Numbered from the stretch's first letter, positions 38,370-52,296 are shown. The stretch: DNA of 64,000 nucleotides from Octopus bimaculoides (GCF_001194135.2 NC_068992.1:9567199-9631198), one strand, 5' to 3'. The notes: generated by a model from the letters alone, not told the origin. Numbers and translations: made by a program.

Positions 38370-39814
38370 GTAAGTATTTTTCTTCTCATGTCCTTCTCAG
38401 CCAATTCAGCGACTCACTACTTGATTAGTGGCTTGTTTTGTCGACTCCGGAATATTGAAAGATAAAATTTCACCTCGGTTCACTTTAAACTTAAAACGCA
38501 AACAACCAGGAAACTATTACAAGGCAGATGGGGAAAGTTTTAACGATTCAGCTAATTAATCGCCCTCATTAAAATATATGATATCATATCTCCAAAGAAC
38601 GTGTTCCTTTTTGGTTTTCCCTTTTGGCTTCGCAGAAGACCACTTTTGAATAGCAGAATACGGCAGATGGAGTCCGAACACAATAAAATGGTGTTAAGCG
38701 TCTGACAGCTAGAGTTTACGATAAAGGTTTGATTTTCGTTTGAGTTGCTTCATTTCGTTTACTACTCGTTTTTTATGAAGTTTTCTTTTCTTTTTTCTTT
38801 TCTTTTGTTATTTGTCAAGTCTTGAGGAGGAGCTAGTGCTCATGGCCTTCGAAGACACACCGAAACCGATGTGTATGCTTAAACTGTTGAAACAGAGATT
38901 CATGAGAGCTTCGGGGATTGAGGGTTTCGTTTTCATGTGGTTATGTCAGGGTGACCTGCATGAAGTTGTTGCTGTTGTTTATCTTAAAGACAACTTCAAT
39001 GAAGCAATCTTAGTATCATAGAAGTTCCATCTGTGACCCTCCCGTCTTCTGTTCAAACATAGTGTACCCTGGACTACGTGACTGGATGTGTCAGTTCTCT
39101 TATACGATATTATGATACGATTTGTGGAAACTTTGAATGTTATTCATAGTAAGTTATCAACTTCGTGGAAACAATCTCAAAACATTAAATTCTTTGCTGA
39201 TAACTCTTTAAAGTATACGATATACTTTTTCAGCCAATTGAATCGATACTGGTGATTTTATAGGAACGGGGGGAGGAGTAAAAACATTTGGGTATCAGTC
39301 CGGAAGTATGAAAAATCAACCTTAAATTTACAAGTATTTAGCAGCAGCATTTAGACTTTGTACCATCATAACTAATTACACTGCCCTACACACATCGTCA
39401 CAGAGGGCGTACTGTTAAACTAAACTGGATAACCGTTATTAACTTACACATAAATTTGTTATATAGCAACAACGTCTTAAATTTGTAACGGAATGGTAAA
39501 TGCGATTGCATAGCATCCATTCTTCATGATATTAACAACGTAAATCTTATAACTTATTAACAAGATCGCCTCTCATTGTGCTAACTTATTTTTTACTCAT
39601 GTCATTTGAATTGTTGCAGTTTTGAGATTTAAGTCTGCGCGGTTGTGAACATTAATTTGCAGAGTTTAGTGAATGGTGGCAAGAATGTCTTTTTCATACA
39701 ATTAGAGTGAAAATGGCTAACACTGGCAGGAAACTTATAATAAATCTAAAATATTTTCATATTAAAAAGAAACGTAATGTATCTTAACTAATATATCATT
39801 TGAAACTGAATACC

Positions 39815-40460
39815 CATGCGACATCTTGGAAAAGTATCTTCTGCTATAGCCTTGAGGTGATCATTAATCCGTGACTGAAATTTGATGGAAGAAAAACTGT
39901 GTGGAAACTCGTGGTGCACACACACACACACACACACACACACACCGCACACCGCACACCGCACACATACAGACACATTATATATATATATATATATATA
40001 TACATACATACATACATACATATANNNNNNNNNNNNNNNNNNNNNNNNNNNNNNNNNNNNNNNNNNNNNNNNNNNNNNNNNNNNNNNNNNNNNNNNNNNN
40101 NNNNNNNNNNNNNNNNNNNNNNNNNNNNNNNNNNNNNNNNNNNNNNNNNNNNNNNNNNNNNNNNNNNNNNNNNNNNNNNNNNNNNNNNNNNNNNNNNNNN
40201 NNNNNNNNNNNNNNNNNNNNNNNNNNNNNNNNNNNNNNTATATATATATATATAAAATTATGCGTGTATGCACGCCTATGTTTATGTTTACGTCAGTCTA
40301 AAACCAGTGTCGCTATACCTGTGTCCTTTTATGCGCGTAACTTAGCAGTTCGACCAACTGATATGGAGCTGATATGGTCAACCGACAAACAAAATCCTCT
40401 TCAAAGCGGTGCTGCAGTTTGGTCGGCGAGTGCCTGATAACCAGTAAAGAGTAAAAGAAT
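39815..40460 (+). mobile_element. Diverged SINE family A with expanded internal microsatellite and gap
   Basis: CATCTTGGAAAAGTATCTTCTGCTATAGCC at the 5' side; CGTAACTTAGCAGTTCG...AAAGCGGTGCTGCAG...AGTAAAAGAAT at the 3' side. Confidence 0.7.
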
Positions 40461-40940
40461 TAACTTATCATAGACATTGTTTCATCGTAGAGACGTAGCA
40501 CATGAATTATGAAACAATAGAATATGTAGCGAGGCAGGAAAAGAAACTAATGTGATGCGCGGGCGCGCGTGTGTATGTACAAGTTACAGATTATCTACGT
40601 GTGAGAGTGAACTAACATTAAGAAAAGCGAAGTAATTGAGACAACTAGCATCTCGTTAAGACAAAATGGACGCGCTTGCCTTTTAGTGTTTATTTGTAAC
40701 ATTTTTTGTTGTTAATATTGAGTAAGGAAAAGAGGAGCAGCGGAACATCAATAGTTTTTGACAGTTGAGATAAACAAAAAGCAAAATACACGACAAAATT
40801 GATTATGAAAATTAGACTTGTGGTTTCTTTTTGCTTGCCTCTAATGTCAATTAAGTCTTGTGGTAATACATACATATATACATGCATATATATATATGCA
40901 TATATGTATGTATAAGTACATATATATATGCATATGCATG

Positions 40941-41014
<74 letters not shown>

Positions 41015-42837
41015 TATACATATATACACACACATACATTATTATACAACATATCACTTAGGATTGAACAACACTTGCTGTAAAATCGAAGAAGTGGCTC
41101 GTGAGGACGATGTTTCAAAAAGCCAAATAATAAAACAATCATACAAGCAGTGTAAATGTCAAACACAAGAATTGTTAAAAGTTATTTCGATAATAAAGAA
41201 AAAATGACAGCAAAGATTATTAAATAACAATAAAAAAGTAACAATTACTGATTCCAAAATTGTATAAAAGTCGTCAATTGTTATAGGTAGCATTTATTGA
41301 AAATGCAATAAATATATTTTATTTGTGTTAAAAAAAAATACAATGATAGATTTAAACATTATTCGCTTTCTCTCTGCAGAGTAGAGAAATATTGTGAAAA
41401 TTTTCTCATTAGAAAATATTTAAACTGACAGATTGTCATTTGAAGAACTGTCTATCTGGCTATAAAATTCTGTATTGTGAATGAATGCACCGTACAACGT
41501 CGAAGAACTGAAGGGAAAATAATATGGTTAGTAATAATAACACCATATTTTCTATACATATTTTTTTCTTAAAAAGTTTTCTTACATAGCAATCACTGCC
41601 TGAGATATTCAGACACGATTGCAGGAAAGGTGTAAAAAATATAATATTCACCACCCCTTAAGGATACTATAATTATAAATGGATGTTTTATACCGATTTA
41701 TATTGATTCGAGACACAATTAATGAACATACGTTAGTCGCATCATCGGACTGAAATGATTCTTTGGGTCTTCGAAATAACAGTCATTAAAATTGTTTTAA
41801 TTCTGAGAAATCACTTTTTATTTCACTTATGAACACAATAAAAACACCCGTCGAGAATGTCTTCAGTACAGTAGATCATAATTCGTAAATATACATAAAG
41901 AATTCAACACCAGACCAGCTGATAAAACAAGACATTAGAAATCTCACTAAAACATATAAAAGAATACAAACAAGAGATTAGAAATAACGTTAAGATATAT
42001 AACATAAGAAATATACAGAAAGAAAACAGCAAAATAAACAGACGTATACAGGAAAATCAACTTCCTCCAGTCTTTGTGATTTCCTAAATATATAGAAATA
42101 TGATCTAAACTGTTATTTCTACCAAAATAAAATAGCGTCTAGATGTGAAATATTTTTATCTTTTATTCGGGATTCACCAAGAGATCTGCGGCATCTCTGG
42201 GGTGACTAACGTCTTGTACTAAATCATTCAACTCATCGTTGCTTGAAAGGTCATGACAAGTTTTTCATCTTTTGCTGAATAAAATGACAACAAAAGAATG
42301 AGACCTCGATATTAGGTAAATAGAGGAATTTATATATGTATAGTTTAGGACAATCGTAAGTTGTTATAATAGAACTCAGAGTTTCAAATGCCGGAGCATA
42401 TCGACAACTTAGTGACTGTCCTAACCTATACATACATACATACACATCTATATATATATATATATACATATGACGATATTNNNNNNNNNNNNNNNNNNNN
42501 NNNNNNNNNNNNNNNNNNNNNNNNNNNNNNNNNNNNNNNNNNNNNNNNNNNNNNNNNNNNNNNNNNNNNNNNNNNNNNNNNNNNNNNTATATATTCAGAG
42601 TGTCTATCGTCAATCAATATTAAAACTGATTTAAGCTATAAGCTCTACATTTGTAATGAGTCATTTTTCACTATATTTTGAATGCATTTTTTGAACATCA
42701 CTATATATATATATATAACTATATATATATAGAGAGAGAGAGATACAGACAGACAGACAGACAGACAGAGACAGAGAGAGAGTGAGAGAGAGAGTGAGTG
42801 AGAGAGAGTCATCTATATCCACATACATACATACACA

Positions 42838-42877
<40 letters not shown>

Positions 42878-43401
42878 TCACACACACACATACATACGCA
42901 TATTTGTATATGCATGTATATGTGTGTATGCGTGTGTGTGTGTGTGTGTGTGTGTGTATACGTATTTATTTGTGTGTGTATATAAATCTTGAGCGTTTTG
43001 TAAGGAAAACATCGATAATAATTAGAAACCTTAATATTCTGTTTGTTTTTATCTCTATGCTACCAGTTGATTGAGGCCGCCTCAAAAATCATTTCTAATT
43101 TGATTAACTTCCGCTGAAAGAGAGCAAGTTAGAATCGTGTCGTATTATAAAGGTAGTAGATCAACACATAAATATTTGTTCGAAGAGATAAATTTATTAC
43201 AAATAGATTTCCATTGTTCGTTTATTCATCAATGAAAGTCGGTTGGTGTTGTAACTACCTTAATAAACATGATTTCTTTTCATCTCGAACTCTGGTTAAT
43301 TGTTATTGGATTACTGTGTGTGTTGCTCTTTACATATCAAAAACTCCGATATATGTGACATTATCCTACTTCTCACAGAACACTCTCTTTTCTTCTGTTT
43401 T

Positions 43402-43830
43402 AAGGCGGCGAGCTGGCAGAAATGTTAGCACGCCGGGCGAAATGCTTGGCAGTATTTCGTCTGCTGTTACGTTCTGAGTTCAAATTCCGCCGAGGTCGAC
43501 TTTGCCTTACATCCTTTCGGGGTCGATTAAATAAGTACCAGTTGCGCACTGGGGTTGATATAATCGACTTAATCCGTTTGTCTGTCTTTGTTTGTCCCCT
43601 CTGTGTGGGCAGTAAAGAAATAAGAAATGTTAGCACGTCGGGCGAAATGCTTAGCGGTATTTTGTCTATTTTTGCGTTCTATGTTCAAATTCCGCCGAGA
43701 TCGACTTTGCCTTTCATCCTTTCGGGGTTGATAAATTAAGTACCAGTTGTGTACTGGGGTCGATCTAATCGACTGCCCCCCCCCCNNNNNNNNNNNNNNN
43801 NNNNNNNNNNNNGCCTATAGTAGAAAATAA
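43402..43830 (+). mobile_element. Two tandem young SINE family B copies with different 3' tails
   Basis: 43402-43622 ends AATCCGTTTGTCTGTCTTTGTTTGTCCCCTCTGTGTGGGCAGTAAAGAAATAAG; 43624-43830 ends GACTGCCCCC..(gap)..GCCTATAGTAGAAAA. Confidence 0.9.
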
Positions 43831-45115
43831 CATTCTTTTTTTTTTTTGTGTGTGTGTTTTCACTTTTTGTTTTTCTATTTTTATCATAGCTGCAGGCATG
43901 GCTGTGTGGTTAAAAAGGTCATGATTTCGGGTCATGATTTCGGGGTTTCAACTCAGAGCGTAAATGCCGCTAAGCATTTTGCCCGGCATTCTGCCAGCTC
44001 ACCGCCTTAACAACAACAATAACAACAACAATAATAATAATAATAATAATGATAATAATAATAATAATAATAATAAGTGAAGCCTTCATTACTGACCTTG
44101 GCTTCATATAATCTTCTAAAATCTTTCAGGGTGTTGCTCCAGCATGATCGTAGTTCTGAAACCAACAACTCCGAATCTGCGAATAACAATATTTTGAAAA
44201 GTTTATAAACAAATGATTTCCAGAAGCAGCATAAATTTTTATCTATGTAACTATTATAGGCGTCTTGAGTAAACAAACGTTTCACCAAGTTTTAGCCAAT
44301 CTGAATTCTATTCCTCTCCGCCGCTACAACTTACTCTCTCCCTCCCTCTATCTATCTATCTATCTATCTATCTCTATTTCTCTGCTTATCTGTTTATCCT
44401 TAGTCTTCTTATCTCTGTTTCTCTTTCTCTTTTGTCAGAATTAATCATCGCAGATGTCACTCCAGATGCTATTCCAGATGTTGACTTGTTCACTTTACAA
44501 CATCAAACTGTAAATTATTCCATTTTTATACATCTACAATATTCCTTTATGTTTTCAGCTCACATTTATTTTACTTATATATTTATTTATTTTGTCCTTT
44601 CCTATTTGCACGTTTTTCTTAAAAACATTTTCTTCTATTTTTGGCTATATATTATTTTACTTATTTACTAGACTTGTTTTCTTTTTGAGTTGCTTGCTAT
44701 CTTTTGTTATTTTTTTCCTGTTTTCAGGTGACTTGTTTAGAGGTAGACATTTGCAGATATAAGAACGTACAGAAATTGCAAATACATTTTGATTTTTAAT
44801 CGGATTTCCTTTGAGAAAATTAATCAAACTCTAAACCGTCTTAAAACCAGACTTAGAAGTTTCTTTAAAGTTCCCAGTTTGGTTTTAAACGTAAAGACGA
44901 AAACTTTTATTTTATAACATTTCTGCTTCTTAAGTCAGTGTTGGTGAAGGAGTAAATACTGTTGAGTGCCATACTTGAATGTTTAAAAGTATTTTCTCTC
45001 CTATTCCTCAGAAGTTCAAATTCTGATGCAATCGCCAAAATTAGTTCAACATACCAGTTTCTATACGATTCGATGGGCTACACCACCTTCTTCCTTACAC
45101 ATGTATCCTAACTAA

Positions 45116-45701
45116 TTTTTGGTACAGGGCTAACATTTTTTGAGGAGAGGGGAAGTCGATTACATCGACACCAGTGTTAAAGTGGTATTGATTTTATCAA
45201 TCTAGAATGGACGAAATGCAAAGTCGATCCCAGTAGTATTTGAACTCAGAAAGTAAAGAGCTGGAAGAACTGTCGGTAAGTATTTCGATCGGCGAGCTAA
45301 AGATTCTGCCTTCACTCATATGTGTGACCTTTTAATAAAGTTATTTGTCCTTGAAGCCCACGAGACGTTTATGATCAGCATTCTGGGAAAGAAGAAACTT
45401 GACGTAGGGATTAGTGCAGAGCCTGTGAGGTTGAATGAAATAATGTTGATAGGAGGAGAGGCGAATGGGACGGTTGCGCCTGAGTGCTGAAAGAGGCATG
45501 AGCTAAGCCAGCTCCAAAGAGCAGTAGCTGTTATAGTAGCTGTAGAAAAAGTAGAGATAGGACACAACATGTCTGTGGCCCAGAGAATTTTTATTCAAGG
45601 AGTGGGTAAGTCGATTACATCGCTCCCAAATTCGTACTTAGTTTATCGACCCCGAAAGGATGAAAGGTAAAGTCAACCTCGGCGGATCTTGTGCTCAGAA
45701 C
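45116..45701 (-). mobile_element. Two SINE family B relics (45116-45318, 45588-45701) flanking a LINE fragment
   Basis: AAGTCGATTACATCG..., GAAAGGATGAAAGGTAAAGTCAACCTCGGCGG, TTTGAACTCAGAA. Confidence 0.8.
45335..45585 (-). mobile_element. CR1/L2-like LINE ORF2 C-terminal relic
   Basis: SLGHRHVVSYLYFFYSYYNSYCSLELA*LMPLSALRRNRPIRLSS../..SSFFFPRM matches the post-RT pattern LxHRRxVASLSLFYRYYxGxCSxELAxLVP...SFFPRT. Confidence 0.72.
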
Positions 45702-46425
45702 GCGTTAACCCATTACCTACCAGTGATCTCATATGAGATCACTTAAAAGTTACAAATTTCGTAATTCTCTCAATATTTACACATATCTAACCTTTTTGCT
45801 ATATCTACTAGGTATATTTCTCTGATATTCAAATGAGGTTTGCTAATTTTTCACCCAATATCTCGCTTATTTCTATTTAAAATATTATTTTGAAATGTTA
45901 TTTTGATCATTCCAGCGTGTTCCTAAGGCTGTTTTATGCTAGAAATCAAAGTTTCATTAAAAAAATTCCAGTTAATAGAATTATGGGAGGTAATGGGTTA
46001 AGACGGACGAAATTCCGTTAAGCCTTGTGTTAAAATTTGAAACTTATATGAAATGCAGAAAAAACAATTGGATGTCAATCAGCAGGCTGGTCCTTTTCTT
46101 GAAGCTGTCTAGAGTATCTGTGCGCGCAGCCGCAATGCCAGCTGCAGCATTTCAGCAACACCTTATTGTGCTTCTCAGACGTACTTTGAAGATTTCGAAG
46201 AGTATCAATAACTGTTGGGGGTTGAAGTATCATTTGGCTCTGATGAGAAGGCTCAAGTGGTTGGGATCGAATCATCTTGTCTCTTACATTCCGACAACAG
46301 AAGATGAGTGCTAGCAGCATTAGTAATAGCACAGCTGGTATTCCACCATGGCTGCAGCCATCGACTGGAACTAGAAGCATTAAAGTAAAAATATACACAT
46401 GGACAAACACACATATAATATATAT

Positions 46426-46460
<35 letters not shown>

Positions 46461-46899
46461 CGTACATNNNNNNNNNNNNNNNNNNNNNNNNNNNNNNNNN
46501 NNNNNNNNNNNNNNNNNNNNNNNNNNNNNNNNNNNNNNNNNNNNNNNNNNNNNNNNNNNNNNNNNNNNNNNNNNNNNNNNNNNNNNNNNNNNNNNNNNNN
46601 NNNNNNNNNNNNNNNNNNNNNNNNNNNNNNNNNNNNNNNNNNNNNNNNNNNNNNNNNNNNNNNNNNNNNNNNNNNNNNNNNNNNNNNNNNNNNNNNNNNN
46701 NNNNNNNNNNNNNNNNNNNNNNNNNNNNNNNNNNNNNNNNNNNNNNNNNNNNNNNNNNNNNNNNNNNNNNNNNNNNNNNNNNNNNNNNNNNNNNNNNNNN
46801 NNNNNNNNNNNNNNNNNNNNNNNNNNNNNNNNNNNNNNNNNNNNNNNNNNNNNNNNNNNNNNTATATATATATATATATATATATATGTACGTATATAT

Positions 46900-46935
<36 letters not shown>

Positions 46936-47665
46936 TCACGCGTACATACACAGGCATATATGTCTATGTACAAATATAAACATATACAAAAAGTATACAT
47001 AAACATGCCACAGTCAAAGGAATGCGCTCCAAATTTAATGTATGTATATATATATGTAGGTATACGTGGAAGTATGTACGAATATGTTTACCTACGTTTG
47101 TAATTATCTGCGAAATTTTCTCTCCACTTTTCTGGTTACTCTGAGCAAAAGATTCTTCGAAGCCTAATTATTGTAAACTACTTTCCTATATTGATTTTTT
47201 TAAAGAATCGTGATCTAGATACGATTTAAGACTATAATTATACCAAATACTTTCCTATAGGTACTAATTTCAAGTCAAGAGTTTAAAATCTACATGAATT
47301 TTCATTTTTTTTCTTTAATGTAAGTTCTCTTTAACCGACATTAAGAAACTACAGAAAATAAGCAAAATTATGTTATTATATAAAGAATATCAATGGAAAT
47401 AGATATCAGATGAAATTGGAATATTTTTCTTTAGATGTAGAGCACTTTATCAAAAAGCATCTATAAAATCTCTTTCGTTCAGCTTATTTTATACACGTAC
47501 ACGCTTATGATATATGCGGTGAAATATATATTTTTATTCAGAGAAACTATAAGACAATTGACTTTAAACGGGAGCTGACACCTAAAAGACAACACTGAAT
47601 GCATTACTGCATTAATCAAGTAAAGATATTAAAAGTGCCCCCCACATACACACACATACATACAC

Positions 47666-47703
<38 letters not shown>

Positions 47704-48922
47704 NNNNNNNNNNNNNNNNNNNNNNNNNNNNNNNNNNNNNNNNNNNNNNNNNNNNNNNNNNNNNNNNNNNNNNNNNNNNNNNNNNNNNNNNNNNNNNNNN
47801 NNNNNNNNNNNNNNNNNNNNNNNNNNNNNNNNNNNNNNNNNNNNNNNNNNNNNNNNNNNNNNNNNNNNNNNNNNNNNNNNNNNNNNNNNNNNNNNNNNNN
47901 NNNNNNNNNNNNNNNNNNNNNNNNNNNNNNNNNNNNNNNNNNNNNNNNNNNNNNNNNNNNNNNNNNNNNNNNNNNNNNNNNNNNNNNNNNNNNNNNNNNN
48001 NNNNNNNNNNNNNNNNNNNNNNNNNNNNNNNNNNNNNNNNNNNNNNNNNNNNNNNNNNNNNNNNNNNNNNNNNNNNNNNNNNNNNNNNNNNNNNNNNNNN
48101 NNNNNNNNNNNNNNNNNNNNNNNNNNNNNNNNNNNNNNNNNNNNNNNNNNNNNNNNNNNNNNNNNNNNNNNNNNNNNNNNNNATATAAACAAATAATAAA
48201 TGAGTATATGCATATATACGTACAGGTGTGTGCATACCTACGTCTACCTGTATATATAGGTGCATATCTGGGTACAGGACATTGCAAACAAAACGTAGAC
48301 AAGAAATAATAATGACCAGAGTACAGAAAACACGCAAGCCACATAGAGAACATTTTCCTTCATCAGCTACCCCCGTTTTAACACCGGCGTTTCGAAGAGT
48401 TGATTTCTTTTTCTTTTGGGTGGGAGTGGTCTTTGATCCTTTGTTTCACTGTGATTAGTTATAAGCCACACCCACGGAATGGAATGATTTGATTAGTGTA
48501 CAAAAGTAAATGTCCCTTAGGTCAGTATATCTAGCTGTCGGAAACGTAAATGCAATGCCAGAAAAAGTACCTGCACTGAAATGGAGCTAAGGAAAAGATT
48601 CAAATTCATAACTATTAAAAGTAGTCTTTAAGTAATATCATATGAATATGAAAAATTGTTACCTGATAACGGTGTGCAATATAGAAATGTATGTTGTGAT
48701 GCATTAATAAAGACTATGAACCTCCATCTGCCTGTGATTTTTGTTATAGTTACATGTATCCTAAGCCGAAAGGTGTTCCACGTGTATACCCATACCATTG
48801 GATTACTCAGGAAGATGGAATTAACAGGTTGTAGCTCCAAGACGCATAGGTGTTTCTAAGAAAGCATTCTGAGGTTTGTGCCCAAACTAAACTAAAAGGA
48901 CATATATATACATAGATATAAT

Positions 48923-48987
<65 letters not shown>

Positions 48988-49807
48988 CAAAACGTTATTT
49001 CAAAAGATAAGGAATTTTGCTGACAATTCCTTATTTGGTGGCGAGTGGTGTGTGTTACATTTAACTCACGTTTCGTATGAATGTTATATTTGCTTTGCAG
49101 TGGAAGTTCTTTTATAATATTTCTAAACTATTTTCCAATTATTTATCCATAATGGAACATCGAAAATACAAATTAGTTGATGTAATTTAGGTTATAATCT
49201 TACATTTCAAAAGCTTAGTAAGTCGCTTACCATGTTTACATTTTTCATTACTCTTAAGAATTTTTACATTGAATATTAGTTTTAAATTTTACTTTTTTAA
49301 TAAGCCCTATTTATTTGAGAATATTTTGAACGTATTTTTATTTCATGTTTAATTTTAATTCTAAGAAGTTATGTTATGATGAGGATGGTAGTCAAAATAT
49401 GTTTCCGCACGAGTTAGATATGAATTTTTATTTATAAATATTTAATTTTAATCCTTTATTAATTTTTAACGTATATGTTGTTACAACGCATATTTTATTA
49501 AAGAAACATATTTTCGTTAAAAGAATATTTTAAAGTGGCCATATTTTAAAATGAGAAACCTAGGATTAAAAATAGTTTTTGTTAAGGAGATATAATTAAT
49601 ATGTTGCTTCTTGTGGGATGAATACATGAATAAGTGATGGTCTATGTTCACATATCCATGCATGTATTATTCCATAGATGCTCTCATAAATATACATACA
49701 TATATACACACACCACACACACCACACACAGAAACCAGCACACATATATTCATATATATATATATATATGCAATATATGCGTGTACACATATTATACATA
49801 CATGTTC

Positions 49808-49862
<55 letters not shown>
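49808..49862. repeat. (GATA)n microsatellite
   Basis: Direct reading; others at 61707-61764 and 63284-63310. Confidence 0.97.
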
Positions 49863-49863
<1 letters not shown>

Positions 49864-49889
49864 TCTGAGTTTAGAGGAAAACAGATGAA

Positions 49890-49929
49890 AGTGACTTCGA
49901 AGTTTCGGCCTTTCCGCAGTCGTCAGACT
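49890..49929 (-). ncRNA. Hammerhead ribozyme motif with intact core and decayed stem II
   Basis: Minus AGT-CTGACGA-C-TGCG(GAAA)GGCC-GAAA-CTTCGAAG-TC-ACT: core CUGACGA/GAAA, palindromic stem III, GUC cleavage site, 3-bp stem I; stem II has two mismatches. Confidence 0.55.
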
Positions 49930-50440
49930 GGCTGAAACTTTTAAGTGACTGTCACCTTACTCCTTTTACAAGTACGACAAATTTGTACTCTCCAAAAGTG
50001 AGTTACGTAATCCTTCACGTTATTTTAAAATTGTTATTATTATAAATTGACGTAAAGACCAATATTAATACGTGTGTGTTTGTGTGTGTTTATGGGAGGA
50101 GGGGTGAGTGCGCGTCTGTGTACGTGCGCGTGTGTGAACGTTAAATAGTGCGGACCGAATGAGAGAGCTGTGGTCAGTACATGATATAGAATATAAGCTT
50201 TCTTGAAATTGAATTTATTTCGCGATTCGAGTTTCACGCCTGACGATCGCTGTGGCGTGAAACTCAAATGCAGAAGAGACATTTGTATGTGCACGTGATT
50301 GTGTGTGTGCCTATGATTGTCTGTGTCTCTGTTCATACAAAAACTCTAGTTCAGATGTATATTAGCTGTTTTCTCTACGTCTGTTTCGAGACTTAAAAAA
50401 TAAGTCTGCATCATCATATCACTATGTCATATAATGTTGA

Positions 50441-50856
50441 TGGTTGTGTGGCAAGAGGTTTGCTTCTCAAACACGCAGTTCTGGGTTCAGTCCTATTGCG
50501 TGGCAGCTTGAGCGAATATTTCCTACTATAACAAGTAGACGAGAGCTTTGTGAGTGGATTTGATAGACGGAACCTAAAAGAATCATTTTTACATATATGT
50601 GTGTGTGTATACATATATATACAGAGAGAGAGAAAGAAATATATATACATGTGTGTGCTTGTTTTGTGCGTTTGTTTGACCCCAACCAACGCTTGACAAT
50701 AGGTGCTAACATCCTCCTAACTTAGCCGTTCGGCAAAAGATATCGATAGAATTAGTATCAGGCTTTAAAAATGTACTCTGGTCGTTTCGTTTGACTAATA
50801 TCCTTAAAGATGATACCCCAGCATGGCCGCAGTCTAATGACTGAAACAAGTAACAA
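50441..50856 (+). mobile_element. Full-length diverged SINE family A
   Basis: TGGTTGTGTGG..GGGTTCAGTCC..GTGAGTGGATTTGATAGACGGAA..microsatellite..CTAACTTAGCCGTTCGGCAAAAG..CAGCATGGCCGCAGTCTAATGACTGAAACAAGTAA. Confidence 0.88.
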
Positions 50857-51258
50857 ATAAAACATAAAAGCTACATCTGTTTTTCGAACCTCAAAGAAAT
50901 TCATTAGTTTAGGAACATAAAAGAAAGAAATAAAACCAAAATCATTTGAACTTTTCTATAGAGCTCTCTATATATACGACACAGTAATTGAGAAATAATT
51001 TATGGATAGCTGTGTAAATGTAAGCCATCATTTATTCTTCTCACAAAGACTAAATTTATTCATATCTCCTTAATCAAATATGACATAAAAACAAGCTTCA
51101 ACAAAATACGTATAAGAAATTGAAGGCGTGAGTTTTGTGCTATATGTAATCATATAATTTATATCCACATATCCACCCCAGAATATGTAAAATTTGGATG
51201 GGCAAATAAATAAACAACCCACATGAATTTTTGTATGTATGCATGTATGCTTGTTATG

Positions 51259-51297
<39 letters not shown>

Positions 51298-52248
51298 AGA
51301 GAGAGAGAGAGAGAGAGAGAGAACAACTGTGAATCTGTGAAACATCATATAGATGGGTATGTGTACATGCGTTATCAAATAATCATATATTTATTTCATA
51401 AGCACTAAAATTAATTATACTTTCTTAATTAGATCGTTCTTTCCAATAATTGAAAAAAGTTTCATATTATAAAATATGCCTTATTTACAATATTCTTTTA
51501 AAAAGATATTCTTTTAACAAAATATTCTTCTAATACCATATACCTCAAAATTAATTTGAAAAATATTAAAAATAACAGTATATCACTAAAGATTATAACT
51601 AAGCCAGACTAAAAAAACACAACCTGAATATGCCTACCTTGTAACGAAATTTATTGAACTTAAAATTTTAAAGAAATGCTCTAAAAATATAATCAAACAA
51701 AGAAGGCATATTTAAAAGAAATTTTAAATCTTAAATTGAACATAAAAATTCATAGAAAATTAAATTAGAAATACGGTTCACGACATACTAACTTTTAGAA
51801 ATCTATATACATATAACCCAAATTATAGCAACATTTCTCTATATTCCATGTTTCATTTTTCGATAAATAATTGGAGAGAATAATAGAACTATTTCTTTAA
51901 AATTATTGGTTCGGCAAATTAAATTTTCTTTTCTAAGGTTCACGCCAAACACGAGTTTAATCATTCATCCAATACAAAAAAGAGACGATGTTTACATAGC
52001 TAACAATACAACACACACACACACACAAACACACTAACCGTTTTCTATTAGCTCTTCCTTTCACTAACGCAAATAGAGCTTCTATATGCAGAAAACCTTC
52101 GAGCTATTACCATAATGAACTCTTGAAGGGTGAAACAGAAATATTGCTGTTGTAAATCAAACATTTAATTACTTTATGTATACATATATATTTATATATA
52201 CATCTATATATACCATCTGTTGCAGGCACATAAATCATTCATATACAC

Positions 52249-52281
<33 letters not shown>

Positions 52282-52296
52282 CATACATACATACAT

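Noticed and set aside
38812-39021. 69-aa plus ORF LEEELVLMAFEDTPKPM...
   Set aside because: Acceptor phase is incompatible with the nearby candidate exon, no donor, no recognisable family; left unassigned.
51380-52000. Extremely AT-rich tracts (also about 49100-49600) as matrix-attachment or origin elements
   Set aside because: Composition alone is not diagnostic in an AT-rich genome.
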